From: an archaeon
GTDB taxonomy: Archaea; Iainarchaeota; Iainarchaeia; Iainarchaeales; 1-14-0-10-31-34
Reading direction: 5' to 3'
Assembly: GCA_024277355.1 (NCBI GenBank)
Contig: JAJRVL010000005.1
Location: 76,870 to 108,869 of the forward strand
DNA length: 32,000 nucleotides
Shown here: piece by piece, positions 17,943 through 26,802 of the stretch
How positions within the stretch are numbered: the stretch's first letter is position 1
Layout of the letters: every line of letters begins with the position of its first letter
The notes under the pieces: model-generated
The model's database searches: none
Seen by the model: only the letters and a program-made list of their open reading frames with translations
Told to the model about the DNA's origin: nothing
Made by a program: the position numbers and the translations under genes

Positions 17943-18791
17943 TTATTCACCTTTAATTTTTTCTTCAAGTTTATTTAATTCTATTAAAGCTTTTTCTTTT
18001 TCTTCTAAATTTGGTGCTTTTCCATGCCATTCAGCTTTTCCTTCCATAAAAGAAATATCTTTGCCAGGAACTGTATTTGCAATAATGCAGACTGGTTTGT
18101 CTTTCAGTGTTTTTGCTTTTTCAAATCCATCCAATAATTCTTGAATATTGTTTCCATTTAATTCAATTACATGAAAATTAAATGACTCAAATTTTTTATT
18201 TAAAGGATCTAAAGGCATTACTTGTTCTGTGTTTCCGTCAATCTGAATAAAATTTCTGTCAATTAATACAATTAAATTATCTAATTTGTTTTTTGCTGCA
18301 AACATAAATGCTTCCCATGGCTGACCTTCATTTATTTCTCCGTCCCCCATTAAACAAAAAACTTTGAAGTCTTTTTTATTCATTTTTGCAGTTAAAGCAA
18401 CTCCTGCTGCAAAAGAAATTCCCTGTCCTAAAGGGCCGGCAGTATTTTCTATTCCAGGCAAAGCCAAATTATGAGGATGTCCTTGCAGTCTTGTTCCTAA
18501 TTTTCTTAAAGTCTTTAATTCTTCTTTTGGAAAAAATCCTGCTTTACTCATAGCAGCATATCTTACAGGAACAACATGGCCGTGAGACAAAATTAATCTG
18601 TCTCTTTCATTCCATTCAGGTTTTTTGGAATTATATTTCATTGTATTAAAATATAATACAGTAAAAATATCTGCCATTCCAATTGAACCAGCTGAATGAC
18701 CTGATTTAGCTTCAGTTAACATTTCAATTATGTCTTTTCTTATTTCATTAGCTTTTAATTTTAATTCCTTTAAATCAGTTATTTTTTCCAT
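17943..18791 (-). CDS. tkt: Transketolase, N-terminal (TPP-binding) subunit
   Basis: SGHSAGS, GHPH... and the TPP motif GDGEINEGQ. The ATG at 18791 (MEKITDLKEL...) is preferred over the upstream TTG at 18809. Confidence 0.9.
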   Translation of the reverse strand: MEKITDLKELKLKANEIRKDIIEMLTEAKSGHSAGSIGMADIFTVLYFNTMKYNSKKPEWNERDRLILSHGHVVPVRYAAMSKAGFFPKEELKTLRKLGTRLQGHPHNLALPGIENTAGPLGQGISFAAGVALTAKMNKKDFKVFCLMGDGEINEGQPWEAFMFAAKNKLDNLIVLIDRNFIQIDGNTEQVMPLDPLNKKFESFNFHVIELNGNNIQELLDGFEKAKTLKDKPVCIIANTVPGKDISFMEGKAEWHGKAPNLEEKEKALIELNKLEEKIKGE

Positions 18792-18877
18792 CTTTTCACG
18801 TAAAAACAATAGGTAGAGAGTTAATTCAATTTAAAGCCAAAAAAGCTTTTAAATGTATTTCATAATTTTTATGAAAT

Positions 18878-20671
18878 TTATTTAAGTATTGGAGTTGATT
18901 TTATTACACAGCAGTTTCCTGTTGAACAATAGTATTCTGGTCCTGTAATTAATTCTCTTTCTGGTTCAGCTATTGTTGTTGGGCAAGGGTCTGAGTGATA
19001 TGGTATAATGCATTTTCCTGAGTTTGCTTCGCAAGTGCAAGTTGAATCTTGTGAGTCTGTTAATCCATCACAGTTGTCGTCTATTCCGTTTCCGCAAACT
19101 TCTGGTTTGCTTGGGTTAATGTTTGAGTTTGAGTCATCACAGTCTGTAGTGTTGCTACTATTTCCACAAGAATAATATCCATCTTCATCTCTGTCTCTGC
19201 ATATTTCTATTAATGCCCCTGATTCATTTGTATCTAAAACAGTTATTGTCATATTGTTTAGATTATCTGTGTATGTTTCATTTTTTTCTAAATATGCAAA
19301 ATTATTTGAGGTCTCATAACAAATTTCTTTATCCCCTCCATTGGGGTCTTCATAGCATACTTGCTTATTCGGATTCATTGTAAGTGCTAAAGTATTATAA
19401 TAAATATCGGGAGAAAACTCATCTTCGCCTAACCGTATAAGAACTCCTTCTGTTTCATAGTAATCCATGCCTATCTGAAATTCAATAGGACTCCGATAAT
19501 CTAAATAATAATTGGTCATTCCATGCTCTGCAATAGGAACAACATAATCAACATAATAAGGCCATGTTTGATAATGATTAACATCAACCTCTGTATTCAT
19601 ATCCCAAATAATTGGAATTTTTAATCCTTTTATATCAGAAGCCCCTAGTAAAGGAAACTCCAAATTAGAAATAAAAAATGTTCCTTGCTCTACCTCAGGA
19701 ACATTTTCACTGTCAAGCCAGTTAAGGCGAGTTAATTTGGTTGCAACATTAGGGTGTTGTCTTCTAGTTGAATATCCCATTGGATCATAAAAGTCCCCAT
19801 ATTCCCAAAACCAGCACATAGGTCCTAAAGGCGTTCGATTGGGAACATCTCCACAAAGAAGTAATGTTGCATGGCTAAGACCAAAAGTATGCCCTAATTC
19901 ATGAATAAAGGCAGTTTTAATAAGAGGATATTTTACACTATCAGTCTTCATATACATTGTTGGCATTATCCCTCCAGATCCTAAATTCCATCTAAAATTA
20001 TTATAATATATTATTCCAGCATATTCAGTTAAATCAACTTCAGCTTCTATTTGTGGTTTAATTATGTAATGCACGTAATTGAAAAAATTAGAAAAATTAG
20101 TGTCTTCAGGCAAAATCAAATCCCCAAAATACTCTCCTAAAAAACTTGCTTTACCATATGAAGCAGTTTCAATATAAGCATCTATTTCAACAAAAGTTGA
20201 GTTAATATTCAATTCAAAATTTGGAGGAATACTTTCATCAGGAAGTCTCAATAAAACTGCTAAATACTTTTGCTCTCCTAGAACTCCTTCTGAAGAGCTT
20301 TTTTCAAGCGAGCTTTTTTCAAGCCTGTCAATTATTTTAAAAGATTTAACGAAAATTTTTGTTCCTTTAAGCTGACCTTCAACATTCAATTTTACCGCCT
20401 TAAAATTTCTAAAAAAATATTTTTCGAACTCAAGTTCATATATTTTATCTTTGCTATGCAAATAATAAAGATAATCTGCTTTATTGTTTTCAAAATCATC
20501 AACAACAATAATCTCCAAATTTCCTGTAATTTCAGTTAACTCTTGTGTCGGTTCAGTGATTTTTGTGTCATCGGTTAATGTTTTTATTGCTTCTCCGTCA
20601 GGGTTTTCTGTACACCCAGAAAATATAATAATTAAAACTAAAATAAGCAATGCAATAATGTTTTTGTTCAT
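18878..20671 (-). CDS. Lipobox-anchored secreted metzincin-like zinc metalloprotease with C-terminal Cys-rich MopE-type putative metal-binding module
   Basis: Signal peptide ending in IFSGC. HELGHTFGLSHA fits HExxHxxGxxH, with a candidate Met-turn DPMGY downstream. The C-terminus has DCDDSNSNINPSKPEVCGNGIDDNCDG plus further Cys clusters. Confidence 0.65.
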   Translation of the reverse strand: MNKNIIALLILVLIIIFSGCTENPDGEAIKTLTDDTKITEPTQELTEITGNLEIIVVDDFENNKADYLYYLHSKDKIYELEFEKYFFRNFKAVKLNVEGQLKGTKIFVKSFKIIDRLEKSSLEKSSSEGVLGEQKYLAVLLRLPDESIPPNFELNINSTFVEIDAYIETASYGKASFLGEYFGDLILPEDTNFSNFFNYVHYIIKPQIEAEVDLTEYAGIIYYNNFRWNLGSGGIMPTMYMKTDSVKYPLIKTAFIHELGHTFGLSHATLLLCGDVPNRTPLGPMCWFWEYGDFYDPMGYSTRRQHPNVATKLTRLNWLDSENVPEVEQGTFFISNLEFPLLGASDIKGLKIPIIWDMNTEVDVNHYQTWPYYVDYVVPIAEHGMTNYYLDYRSPIEFQIGMDYYETEGVLIRLGEDEFSPDIYYNTLALTMNPNKQVCYEDPNGGDKEICYETSNNFAYLEKNETYTDNLNNMTITVLDTNESGALIEICRDRDEDGYYSCGNSSNTTDCDDSNSNINPSKPEVCGNGIDDNCDGLTDSQDSTCTCEANSGKCIIPYHSDPCPTTIAEPERELITGPEYYCSTGNCCVIKSTPILK

Positions 20672-20757
20672 CTAACTTATTTTACAAGTTAGTCAAATAT
20701 AAATTTAACTTAAAAAAGCATCAAATTCTAACTATTTTAGGTTTTTTCCGCTTATTG

Positions 20758-20880
20758 TTAAAGTTTACCTATTGCATTCAAAAGTTTTTTGTGTCCTTTA
20801 ATAAGATTATTGAATTCTTCTATTTCTTCTGAAACAATTTTGTATTTTTCTTTATCTTTTAAATTCTTTAATTTTGCCAT
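20758..20880 (-). CDS. Candidate 40-aa ORF overlapping the 3' end of doc (possible cognate antitoxin)
   Basis: Hand translation: MAKLKNLKDKEKYKIVSEEIEEFNNLIKGHKKLLNAIGKL. The ATG at 20880 is preceded by AAGGAGTGG, much like the sufC SD. I recognise no family. Confidence 0.3.
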   Translation of the reverse strand: MAKLKNLKDKEKYKIVSEEIEEFNNLIKGHKKLLNAIGKL

Positions 20881-21244
20881 TTTTTATCCACTCCTTTATT
20901 TCTTTATTGGAATAATATTCTTCTCTTATTCCCAAAAGAACTCTGGCATTTTCAGGGTTATCTTTCACTCCAATTTTTTTGCTGTTAATTACAAGAAAAT
21001 ATTTTACAGCAATAAACGCAGTTCTTCGGTTTCCGCTTGCAAAAGCATGAGCCTGAACCAGCCCTTTGAGCAGAATGACTGCTTTATCAAATAAATCTCC
21101 GTTAAGTTTTTCGCAATTCTTTGCAACATCTAAAATTTTTTTTCCACTTAATACTTTTGGTGAATCAGCTTTTTTTACTTTTATTAAATTTAAAGCCAGT
21201 AAATTAAATTCAATTATTTTTTCAACTGAAATATATTTAACCAT
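20852..21244 (-). CDS. doc: Doc (death-on-curing) / Fic-domain toxin
   Basis: 130 aa with QAHAFASGNRRTAF, a Doc-type variant of the Fic motif HxFxxGNxRTA. The size is typical of Doc. Confidence 0.7.
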   Translation of the reverse strand: MVKYISVEKIIEFNLLALNLIKVKKADSPKVLSGKKILDVAKNCEKLNGDLFDKAVILLKGLVQAHAFASGNRRTAFIAVKYFLVINSKKIGVKDNPENARVLLGIREEYYSNKEIKEWIKNGKIKEFKR

Positions 21245-21308
21245 AAAAAGTAAATGAATAAACTAATTAATAATATTAGGCACTAACCTGAATCAAAACA
21301 AAGTATAA

Positions 21309-21713
21309 TCAAATTCTAATTGTTACTTTAATTTTGTTTTTTCCGCTTTTTTTGTATTCTTCTATTGCTTTATCTAAAACTCTTTTGCCTAAAGTCATAC
21401 ATTTAATTCTTGTCTGGATTATTCCACCAAGCATTTCATTTAATTCTTTATCTGAAATTTTTTTGATTTCTTTAATTGTTTTTCCTAAAACTTTTTCTGT
21501 TAATAAAGAAGAAGACGCTGTACTTATCGCGCACCCATGTCCTTTGAATTTAATATCTTTCACTTTGTTATTTTCAATTTTAATAGTAAAAATAACTAAG
21601 TCTCCGCAGGAAGGGTTTCCGCCTTCAGCTTTAATATTAAAATTTTTTAATTCTCCGTAATTTAACGGGTTTTTGTATAAATCTAAAATTAATTCAGAGT
21701 AAATTTCATTCAT
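21309..21713 (-). CDS. sufU: SufU-type Fe-S cluster assembly scaffold / sulfur acceptor
   Basis: NPSCGDLV, GHGCAISTASSS and RIKCMTL are the three conserved Cys regions of SufU/IscU, with a SufU-like insertion pattern. The gene lies directly downstream of sufS. Confidence 0.85.
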   Translation of the reverse strand: MNEIYSELILDLYKNPLNYGELKNFNIKAEGGNPSCGDLVIFTIKIENNKVKDIKFKGHGCAISTASSSLLTEKVLGKTIKEIKKISDKELNEMLGGIIQTRIKCMTLGKRVLDKAIEEYKKSGKNKIKVTIRI

Positions 21714-21716
21714 AGT

Positions 21717-22931
21717 TTAATCAACTTTAAATATTTTTTTTACTTCTTTTATTCCTTCAATAAACTTGTCTGCATCTTCTTTTGTATTATACAAATAAAA
21801 GCTTGCTCTTGCAGTTCCTTTAATTCCTAATTCTTCCATTAAAGGCTGAGCGCAATGATTTCCGCTTCTGATTGCAATTCCTTTTCGGTCTAAAACAGAA
21901 GAAACATCATGAGGATGCACTCCTTTAACATTAAAAGAAATTATCCCTAATTTATTTTTTTCTGGACCAAAAATTTCTATTCCATCAATTTCCTGCATTT
22001 CTTTTGTTGCATAATTCAATAATTTTTGTTCATGTTTGTCAATTTCTTCAATTCCAATTCTTTCCAAATACTTTAATGCAATCCTAAATCCAATTCCGCC
22101 TGCAATATTTGGTGTGCCTGCCTCAAATTTCCATGGCAAAGAATTCCAGTAACTTTTTTCACATGAAACTTTTGAAATCATATCTCCTCCAGTCATAAAA
22201 GGAGGCATTTCTTCAAGCAATTCTTCTTTTCCATATAACACTCCAATTCCAGTCGGTCCCAACATTTTATGCGAAGAAAAAGCAATAAAATCTACATTTA
22301 ATTTTTTTACATTAATTTTTTTATGCTGAACAAATTGTGCTGCATCAATTATTGTTAAAGCATCAGCGTCTTTTCCCTGCTTAACTAATTTTTTTATGTC
22401 ATTAACTGTTCCTAAAACATTTGATGCTCCTGTAAACGCAAAAATTTTAGGTTTAAATGAAAGTTTTTCTTCTAAATCTTTTTCATTTAATTTTCCATCT
22501 TTTGTTACTTCAACAAACTCAACTTTAATTCCTTTTCTCTTTAACTGCTGCCATGGAACAATATTTGAATGATGCTCTATTTTTGTAGTTAAAACAACAT
22601 CATTTTTTTTAAGTTTTTCTCCTAAAGAAAAAGAAAGCAAATTAATTGATTCAGTTGTATTTTTTGTAAAAATTATTTCTTCCATTTTTTTTGCTTTAAT
22701 AAATTCAGCGGTTTCTTTATGGGCTTCTTCATACAAATCTGTGCTTTCTCTGCTTAATTCATATCCGCCTCTATGAACATTAGCGTTATTGTTTTCATAA
22801 TAACAGTTTACTGCTTCAATAACCTGAATTGGTTTTTGAGTAGTAGCACTATTATCTAAATAAACTAATTCAAATCCATTAATTTTCTTTTTTAAAATAG
22901 GAAAATCTTCTTTTATTTTTTTTATATTCAT
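21717..22931 (-). CDS. sufS: Cysteine desulfurase, SufS type (class V aminotransferase)
   Basis: SSHKMLGPTGIGVLYG (PLP lysine) and RSGNHCAQP (catalytic Cys loop). Confidence 0.9.
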   Translation of the reverse strand: MNIKKIKEDFPILKKKINGFELVYLDNSATTQKPIQVIEAVNCYYENNNANVHRGGYELSRESTDLYEEAHKETAEFIKAKKMEEIIFTKNTTESINLLSFSLGEKLKKNDVVLTTKIEHHSNIVPWQQLKRKGIKVEFVEVTKDGKLNEKDLEEKLSFKPKIFAFTGASNVLGTVNDIKKLVKQGKDADALTIIDAAQFVQHKKINVKKLNVDFIAFSSHKMLGPTGIGVLYGKEELLEEMPPFMTGGDMISKVSCEKSYWNSLPWKFEAGTPNIAGGIGFRIALKYLERIGIEEIDKHEQKLLNYATKEMQEIDGIEIFGPEKNKLGIISFNVKGVHPHDVSSVLDRKGIAIRSGNHCAQPLMEELGIKGTARASFYLYNTKEDADKFIEGIKEVKKIFKVD

Positions 22932-22975
22932 TTTGATTCCTTTTCTTTAATTTTTTTTCTCAATTTTATTTTTTT

Positions 22976-24157
22976 TTATTGAATTTCTTTTTCCTTAATT
23001 ATTTCTCTTATTTCATTTTGTATTTTATTACTGCTTATTTTTGCTGTTATTGGCTCTAAGTAACCCTCAATAATTAATTTTTTTGCTTTTTCTTTATTTA
23101 TTCCTCTGCTTGTTAAATAAAACAATTCTTCTTCATTAAAGTTTCCAAACGAACTTCCATGCCCTGCAATTACATCATTTGTGTTAATTTCTAATGTAGG
23201 CAGAGAATTTGCTTTAACTTTTTCTCCAATCATTAAAGTATTTGAATGCCAATTACTTTCTGAATTATCTGCTTTATTCATTACTTTTAATAATCCTCTA
23301 ATCACTGTGTTGCTTGAATCTTTTACAACTGAATTAATTAAAACTTTAGAAAAAGTATTTTTTTCAAGATGTGTAATGTTTGATTCAACATCTATTTCTT
23401 GTGTTTTATTTCCAAAAAAGCATGCAAAACTGTTTGTTTTTGAGTTTTCTTCTGCTAAAACTATATTTATTTTTTGTTTAACTGTTTTTCCTCCAAAAGA
23501 AACATTAAAAAAATTTAATAAAGCATTTTTTTCCAATAAAGCTTTTTTGTTTGAAAAAACAAACCCTTTATCTGAAATATTCTGCAATGAAACAATTTCA
23601 GCTTTTGCATTTTCTCCAATTAAAATTTCACTTACATCTTTATGCAGAAATTCTGTTTTGTTTTTTGTTAAATGTTTTTCTATTATTTTTATTTCAGAAT
23701 TTTCTTCCAATACGATAATTAAATGAAAAAAATTACTCAATGAATTTCCATTAAATTCAATTGTTATTTCTCCTGCTTTTTTGTTTTTTCCGACAAACAC
23801 AAACACTCCGTCTTTCCATAAAGCATAATGCAATGCATCTAATTTTGTTTCAGTAAAATGCACGCTTTTTCCAAAAAACTTTTTCACTAAATTTTCATTT
23901 TCTTTTATTGCTTTTCCAAGTGGTTTTACAATCAAATCGTTTTCATTTATTTCCTTTATTTTAAGAATGCTTTTTTTAGGCATTACTTCAAATTTTTTTA
24001 AATCAAAATCATTAAATTTCATTAAATGTTTTATTCCAGGGGAATCAGGTTTTTCAAGCAAAGGAATTTTTTCAAAAATATTAATTGCGTTTTTTCTTAA
24101 TTCTCTAATCCATTCAGGTTCTTGTTTTTCTTTTATTTCTAATGTTATTTCTTTCAT
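22976..24157 (-). CDS. sufD: Fe-S cluster assembly protein SufD
   Basis: 393 aa, SufB/SufD-family C-terminal region (...GHGSSFGNFNEEELFYLTSRGINKEKAKKLIIEGYL). Sits between sufB and sufS. Confidence 0.8.
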   Translation of the reverse strand: MKEITLEIKEKQEPEWIRELRKNAINIFEKIPLLEKPDSPGIKHLMKFNDFDLKKFEVMPKKSILKIKEINENDLIVKPLGKAIKENENLVKKFFGKSVHFTETKLDALHYALWKDGVFVFVGKNKKAGEITIEFNGNSLSNFFHLIIVLEENSEIKIIEKHLTKNKTEFLHKDVSEILIGENAKAEIVSLQNISDKGFVFSNKKALLEKNALLNFFNVSFGGKTVKQKINIVLAEENSKTNSFACFFGNKTQEIDVESNITHLEKNTFSKVLINSVVKDSSNTVIRGLLKVMNKADNSESNWHSNTLMIGEKVKANSLPTLEINTNDVIAGHGSSFGNFNEEELFYLTSRGINKEKAKKLIIEGYLEPITAKISSNKIQNEIREIIKEKEIQ

Positions 24158-24158
24158 T

Positions 24159-25589
24159 TTATCCCACTGTTGGAAGTTTTGACATTTCTAAATTAATTAA
24201 TCTTGAAAATTCAACTGCAAATTCCAATGGGATTTCTTTTGCAATTTCATTTAAAAATCCTAAAACAATTAAACTCATTGCTTCTTCTTCTTTTAATCCA
24301 CGGCTTCTCAAATAAAAAATTTGTTCTTCATTAATTTTGTTTACAGTTGCTTCATGAGTAAAAGTTGCAGTTGATTCATTTATTTCATTATGAGGATAAG
24401 TGTCTGAAACACTTCCCTGTTTATCTAAAATTAATGCATCACAACTTACATGACTTTTAGCGTTTTTTGCTCCTTTGTTTATTCTGACTAATCCTCTGTA
24501 AACTCCTTTTCCGCCTCTCATTGAAATACTTTTAGCTAAAATTTTACTTGTTGTATTTTTTCCTATATGAATTACTTTTGCTCCGCTGTCTTTCCATGTT
24601 TTATCTGCTCCAAAAGCAATGTTTAAATGGTTTGCACTTGCTCCTTCTCCGGTTAAAACTGAACAAGGATAAAGCATTGTAATATATGAACCCAAACTTC
24701 CGCCAACCCATTCCATTTTAGCGTTTTTTCCAACTAAAGCTCTTTTAGTATTCAAATTGTAGACATTCTTGCTCCAGTTCTGAACTGTTGTATATCTTAC
24801 TTTTGCATTATCTTTAACATAAATTTCTACGACAGCTGAATGCAAAGAGTAATCAGAAAATTTTGGAGCAGTACACCCTTCAATATAATGAACTTTGCTT
24901 CCTTTTTCTGCAACAATTATTGTATGTTCAAATTGTCCTTCTTTTTCTGAATTCATTCTAAAATATGTCTGCAAAGGCAAATCAATTTCAACTCCTTTTG
25001 GAACATAAAGAAAAGAGCCTCCACTCCATACACTTGCATGCAAAGCAGAAAACTTATTATCTGTTACTGGAACTGCTTTCATAAAATATTCTTTTACTAT
25101 TTCCGGATGCTTTTGCATTGCAGTATCCATATCCATAAATAATACTCCTTTGTCTTCCCATTGTTTTTTTATGTTATGATAAACTGCATCACTTTCATAT
25201 TGTGCTACACTTCCGGCCAAATATTTTTGTTCTGCTTCAGGAATTCCTAATTTGTCAAATGTTTCTTTTATTTCTTTTGGGACGTCTTTCCAGTTTCTTG
25301 CATTTTTTGCTTTTGGTTTAATAAAATAAGAAATTTCATTGAAATCTATTCCGCTTAAATTCGGCCCCAAGTCAGGCAGAGGTTTTTCCTGAAAAACTTT
25401 AAATGCCTTTAATCTTATTTCCCTCATCCATTCAGGTTCTTTTTTCATGTCAGACATTTTATGAATTAATTCTTTATCATAACCTTTTTTTGCTTTAAAT
25501 GCTGTTTCTGATTTAGTAATAAAATTATATTTGTTGTCTTCTTGTTTTCTTAATTTTGCTAATTCATTAAACACTTTTTTATGAGACAT
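24159..25589 (-). CDS. sufB: Fe-S cluster assembly protein SufB
   Basis: 476 aa with highly conserved SufB blocks (FEHTIIVAEKGSKVHYIEGCTAP, VSCDALILD, HEATVNKINEEQIFYLRSRGL). Confidence 0.92.
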   Translation of the reverse strand: MSHKKVFNELAKLRKQEDNKYNFITKSETAFKAKKGYDKELIHKMSDMKKEPEWMREIRLKAFKVFQEKPLPDLGPNLSGIDFNEISYFIKPKAKNARNWKDVPKEIKETFDKLGIPEAEQKYLAGSVAQYESDAVYHNIKKQWEDKGVLFMDMDTAMQKHPEIVKEYFMKAVPVTDNKFSALHASVWSGGSFLYVPKGVEIDLPLQTYFRMNSEKEGQFEHTIIVAEKGSKVHYIEGCTAPKFSDYSLHSAVVEIYVKDNAKVRYTTVQNWSKNVYNLNTKRALVGKNAKMEWVGGSLGSYITMLYPCSVLTGEGASANHLNIAFGADKTWKDSGAKVIHIGKNTTSKILAKSISMRGGKGVYRGLVRINKGAKNAKSHVSCDALILDKQGSVSDTYPHNEINESTATFTHEATVNKINEEQIFYLRSRGLKEEEAMSLIVLGFLNEIAKEIPLEFAVEFSRLINLEMSKLPTVG

Positions 25590-25633
25590 TATTTCAACTC
25601 TTTTTTAATTCCTTTTTCACTTATTTTTTTTCA

Positions 25634-26380
25634 TTATTTCCCTTCAGTTAAAAAATCATATCCTTTTTCATTTATTTCTAAAGCTAAATCAAAATTTCCT
25701 GACTTAATTATTTTTCCGTTATGCATTATATGAACAAAATCCGGGTTAACATAATTTAATATTCTTTCATAATGAGTAATTATCAGAAATGCGTTATTTT
25801 TGTTTTTCATTGAATTGATTCCTTCTGCAACTATTTTTAATGCATCAACATCTAATCCTGAATCAATTTCATCTAATATTGCTAATTTTGGTTTTAACAT
25901 TAACATTTGAAGTATTTCATTCCTTTTTTTTTCTCCTCCACTAAAACCAGTATTCAGATATCTTTCGCTTAAATCATTCATTTTAATTTTTGCTGAAACA
26001 GAATTTAATTCTTTTTTGAATTCCAAAACATTAATTGTTTTTTCATTTCTTGCTTTTTTTGCTTCATTTACTGCTGTTTTAATAAAAGTTGAATTTTTTA
26101 TTCCGGGAATCTCGCTTGGATACTGAAAAGCTAAAAACAATCCTTTTTGTGCTCTTTCTTCAGGAGTCATTTTCAGTATTTCTTTTCCTTCAAATAATGC
26201 TTTTCCGCTTTTAACTTCAAATAAAGGATGTCCCATTAATACATTAGCTAAAGTGCTTTTTCCTGAACCATTTAATCCCATTATTGCATGGGTTTCTCCT
26301 TTGTTTATTTTCAAATTAACTCCTTTAAGTATTTCTTTATTTTCAATGCCTGCTTTTAATTCTTTTATTTCCAACAACAT
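25634..26380 (-). CDS. sufC: Fe-S cluster assembly ATPase SufC
   Basis: Walker A GLNGSGKST, ABC signature FSGGEKKR, Walker B LAILDEIDSGLD. SD AAGGAGTGA upstream. Confidence 0.92.
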   Translation of the reverse strand: MLLEIKELKAGIENKEILKGVNLKINKGETHAIMGLNGSGKSTLANVLMGHPLFEVKSGKALFEGKEILKMTPEERAQKGLFLAFQYPSEIPGIKNSTFIKTAVNEAKKARNEKTINVLEFKKELNSVSAKIKMNDLSERYLNTGFSGGEKKRNEILQMLMLKPKLAILDEIDSGLDVDALKIVAEGINSMKNKNNAFLIITHYERILNYVNPDFVHIMHNGKIIKSGNFDLALEINEKGYDFLTEGK

Positions 26381-26392
26381 TTTTTCACTCCT

Positions 26393-26740
26393 TTATTTTC
26401 TTGTACGAGAAACAGCTTTGATTTTTCCGCAGTTATTTCCACAGAAGTTTGTTACATGTTCATCTATTACAGAAAAAATGTCTTCTCCTTTTTCAATGCT
26501 TTTAAGTATTCCTGCTTTTAAAGAATAAACTCTTGTTTTGCCTTTTGTTTCTGATTTAACAAAATTACATGATTTTAATACTTTTAAAGAATGGCTTAAT
26601 CTGCTTTGTTCTACTTTGAATTTATCTGATAATTCTAAAACAGTTTTTGGTTTTTTCTTTAATTCTTTTAATACTTTAATCCTTAATTCGTTGCTTAAAG
26701 TTTCAAAGCATAAATTATATTGTCCTGAATTAGCCTTCAT
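26393..26740 (-). CDS. ArsR/SmtB-family HTH regulator with Cys-rich C-terminus, first gene of the suf operon
   Basis: LSNELRIKVLKELKKKPKTVLELSDKFKVEQSRLSHSLKVLKSCNFV... is an ArsR wHTH. The C-terminus has FCGNNCGK. Confidence 0.7.
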   Translation of the reverse strand: MKANSGQYNLCFETLSNELRIKVLKELKKKPKTVLELSDKFKVEQSRLSHSLKVLKSCNFVKSETKGKTRVYSLKAGILKSIEKGEDIFSVIDEHVTNFCGNNCGKIKAVSRTRK

Positions 26741-26758
26741 ATGAAATATAATTCATAT
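26739..26758. promoter_or_regulatory. 7-bp inverted repeat ATATGAA-N6-TTCATAT overlapping the ArsR-like gene start codon; candidate autoregulatory operator
   Basis: Arms at 26739-26745 and 26752-26758 are exact reverse complements, next to TATA-like tttatattta. The repeat is short and AT-rich, so it could be chance. Confidence 0.25.
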
Positions 26759-26802
26759 ATTGTTTATATTTATATGGTTTAATTATAAAAACCGAAAACC
26801 AG

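Noticed and set aside
18857-18877. 9-bp inverted repeat ATTTCATAA-TTT-TTATGAAAT abutting the protease stop codon as a terminator
   Set aside because: The stem is A/T-only with a 3-nt loop in an AT-rich genome, so it is thermodynamically weak and plausibly chance. Archaeal termination mainly needs oligo-T tracts.
20789-21257. Plus-strand ORFs 20789-21094 and 21066-21257
   Set aside because: They are antisense to the Doc gene, which has a clear Fic/Doc motif. Their translations are F/S/I-rich shadows.
23181-23726. 181-aa plus-strand ORF inside sufD, and similar antisense ORFs in sufC, sufU, nrdA, tkt and the beta-propeller gene
   Set aside because: All lie opposite strongly supported genes. 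Long antisense ORFs are expected in AT-rich DNA with skewed codon usage, and none shows a motif.
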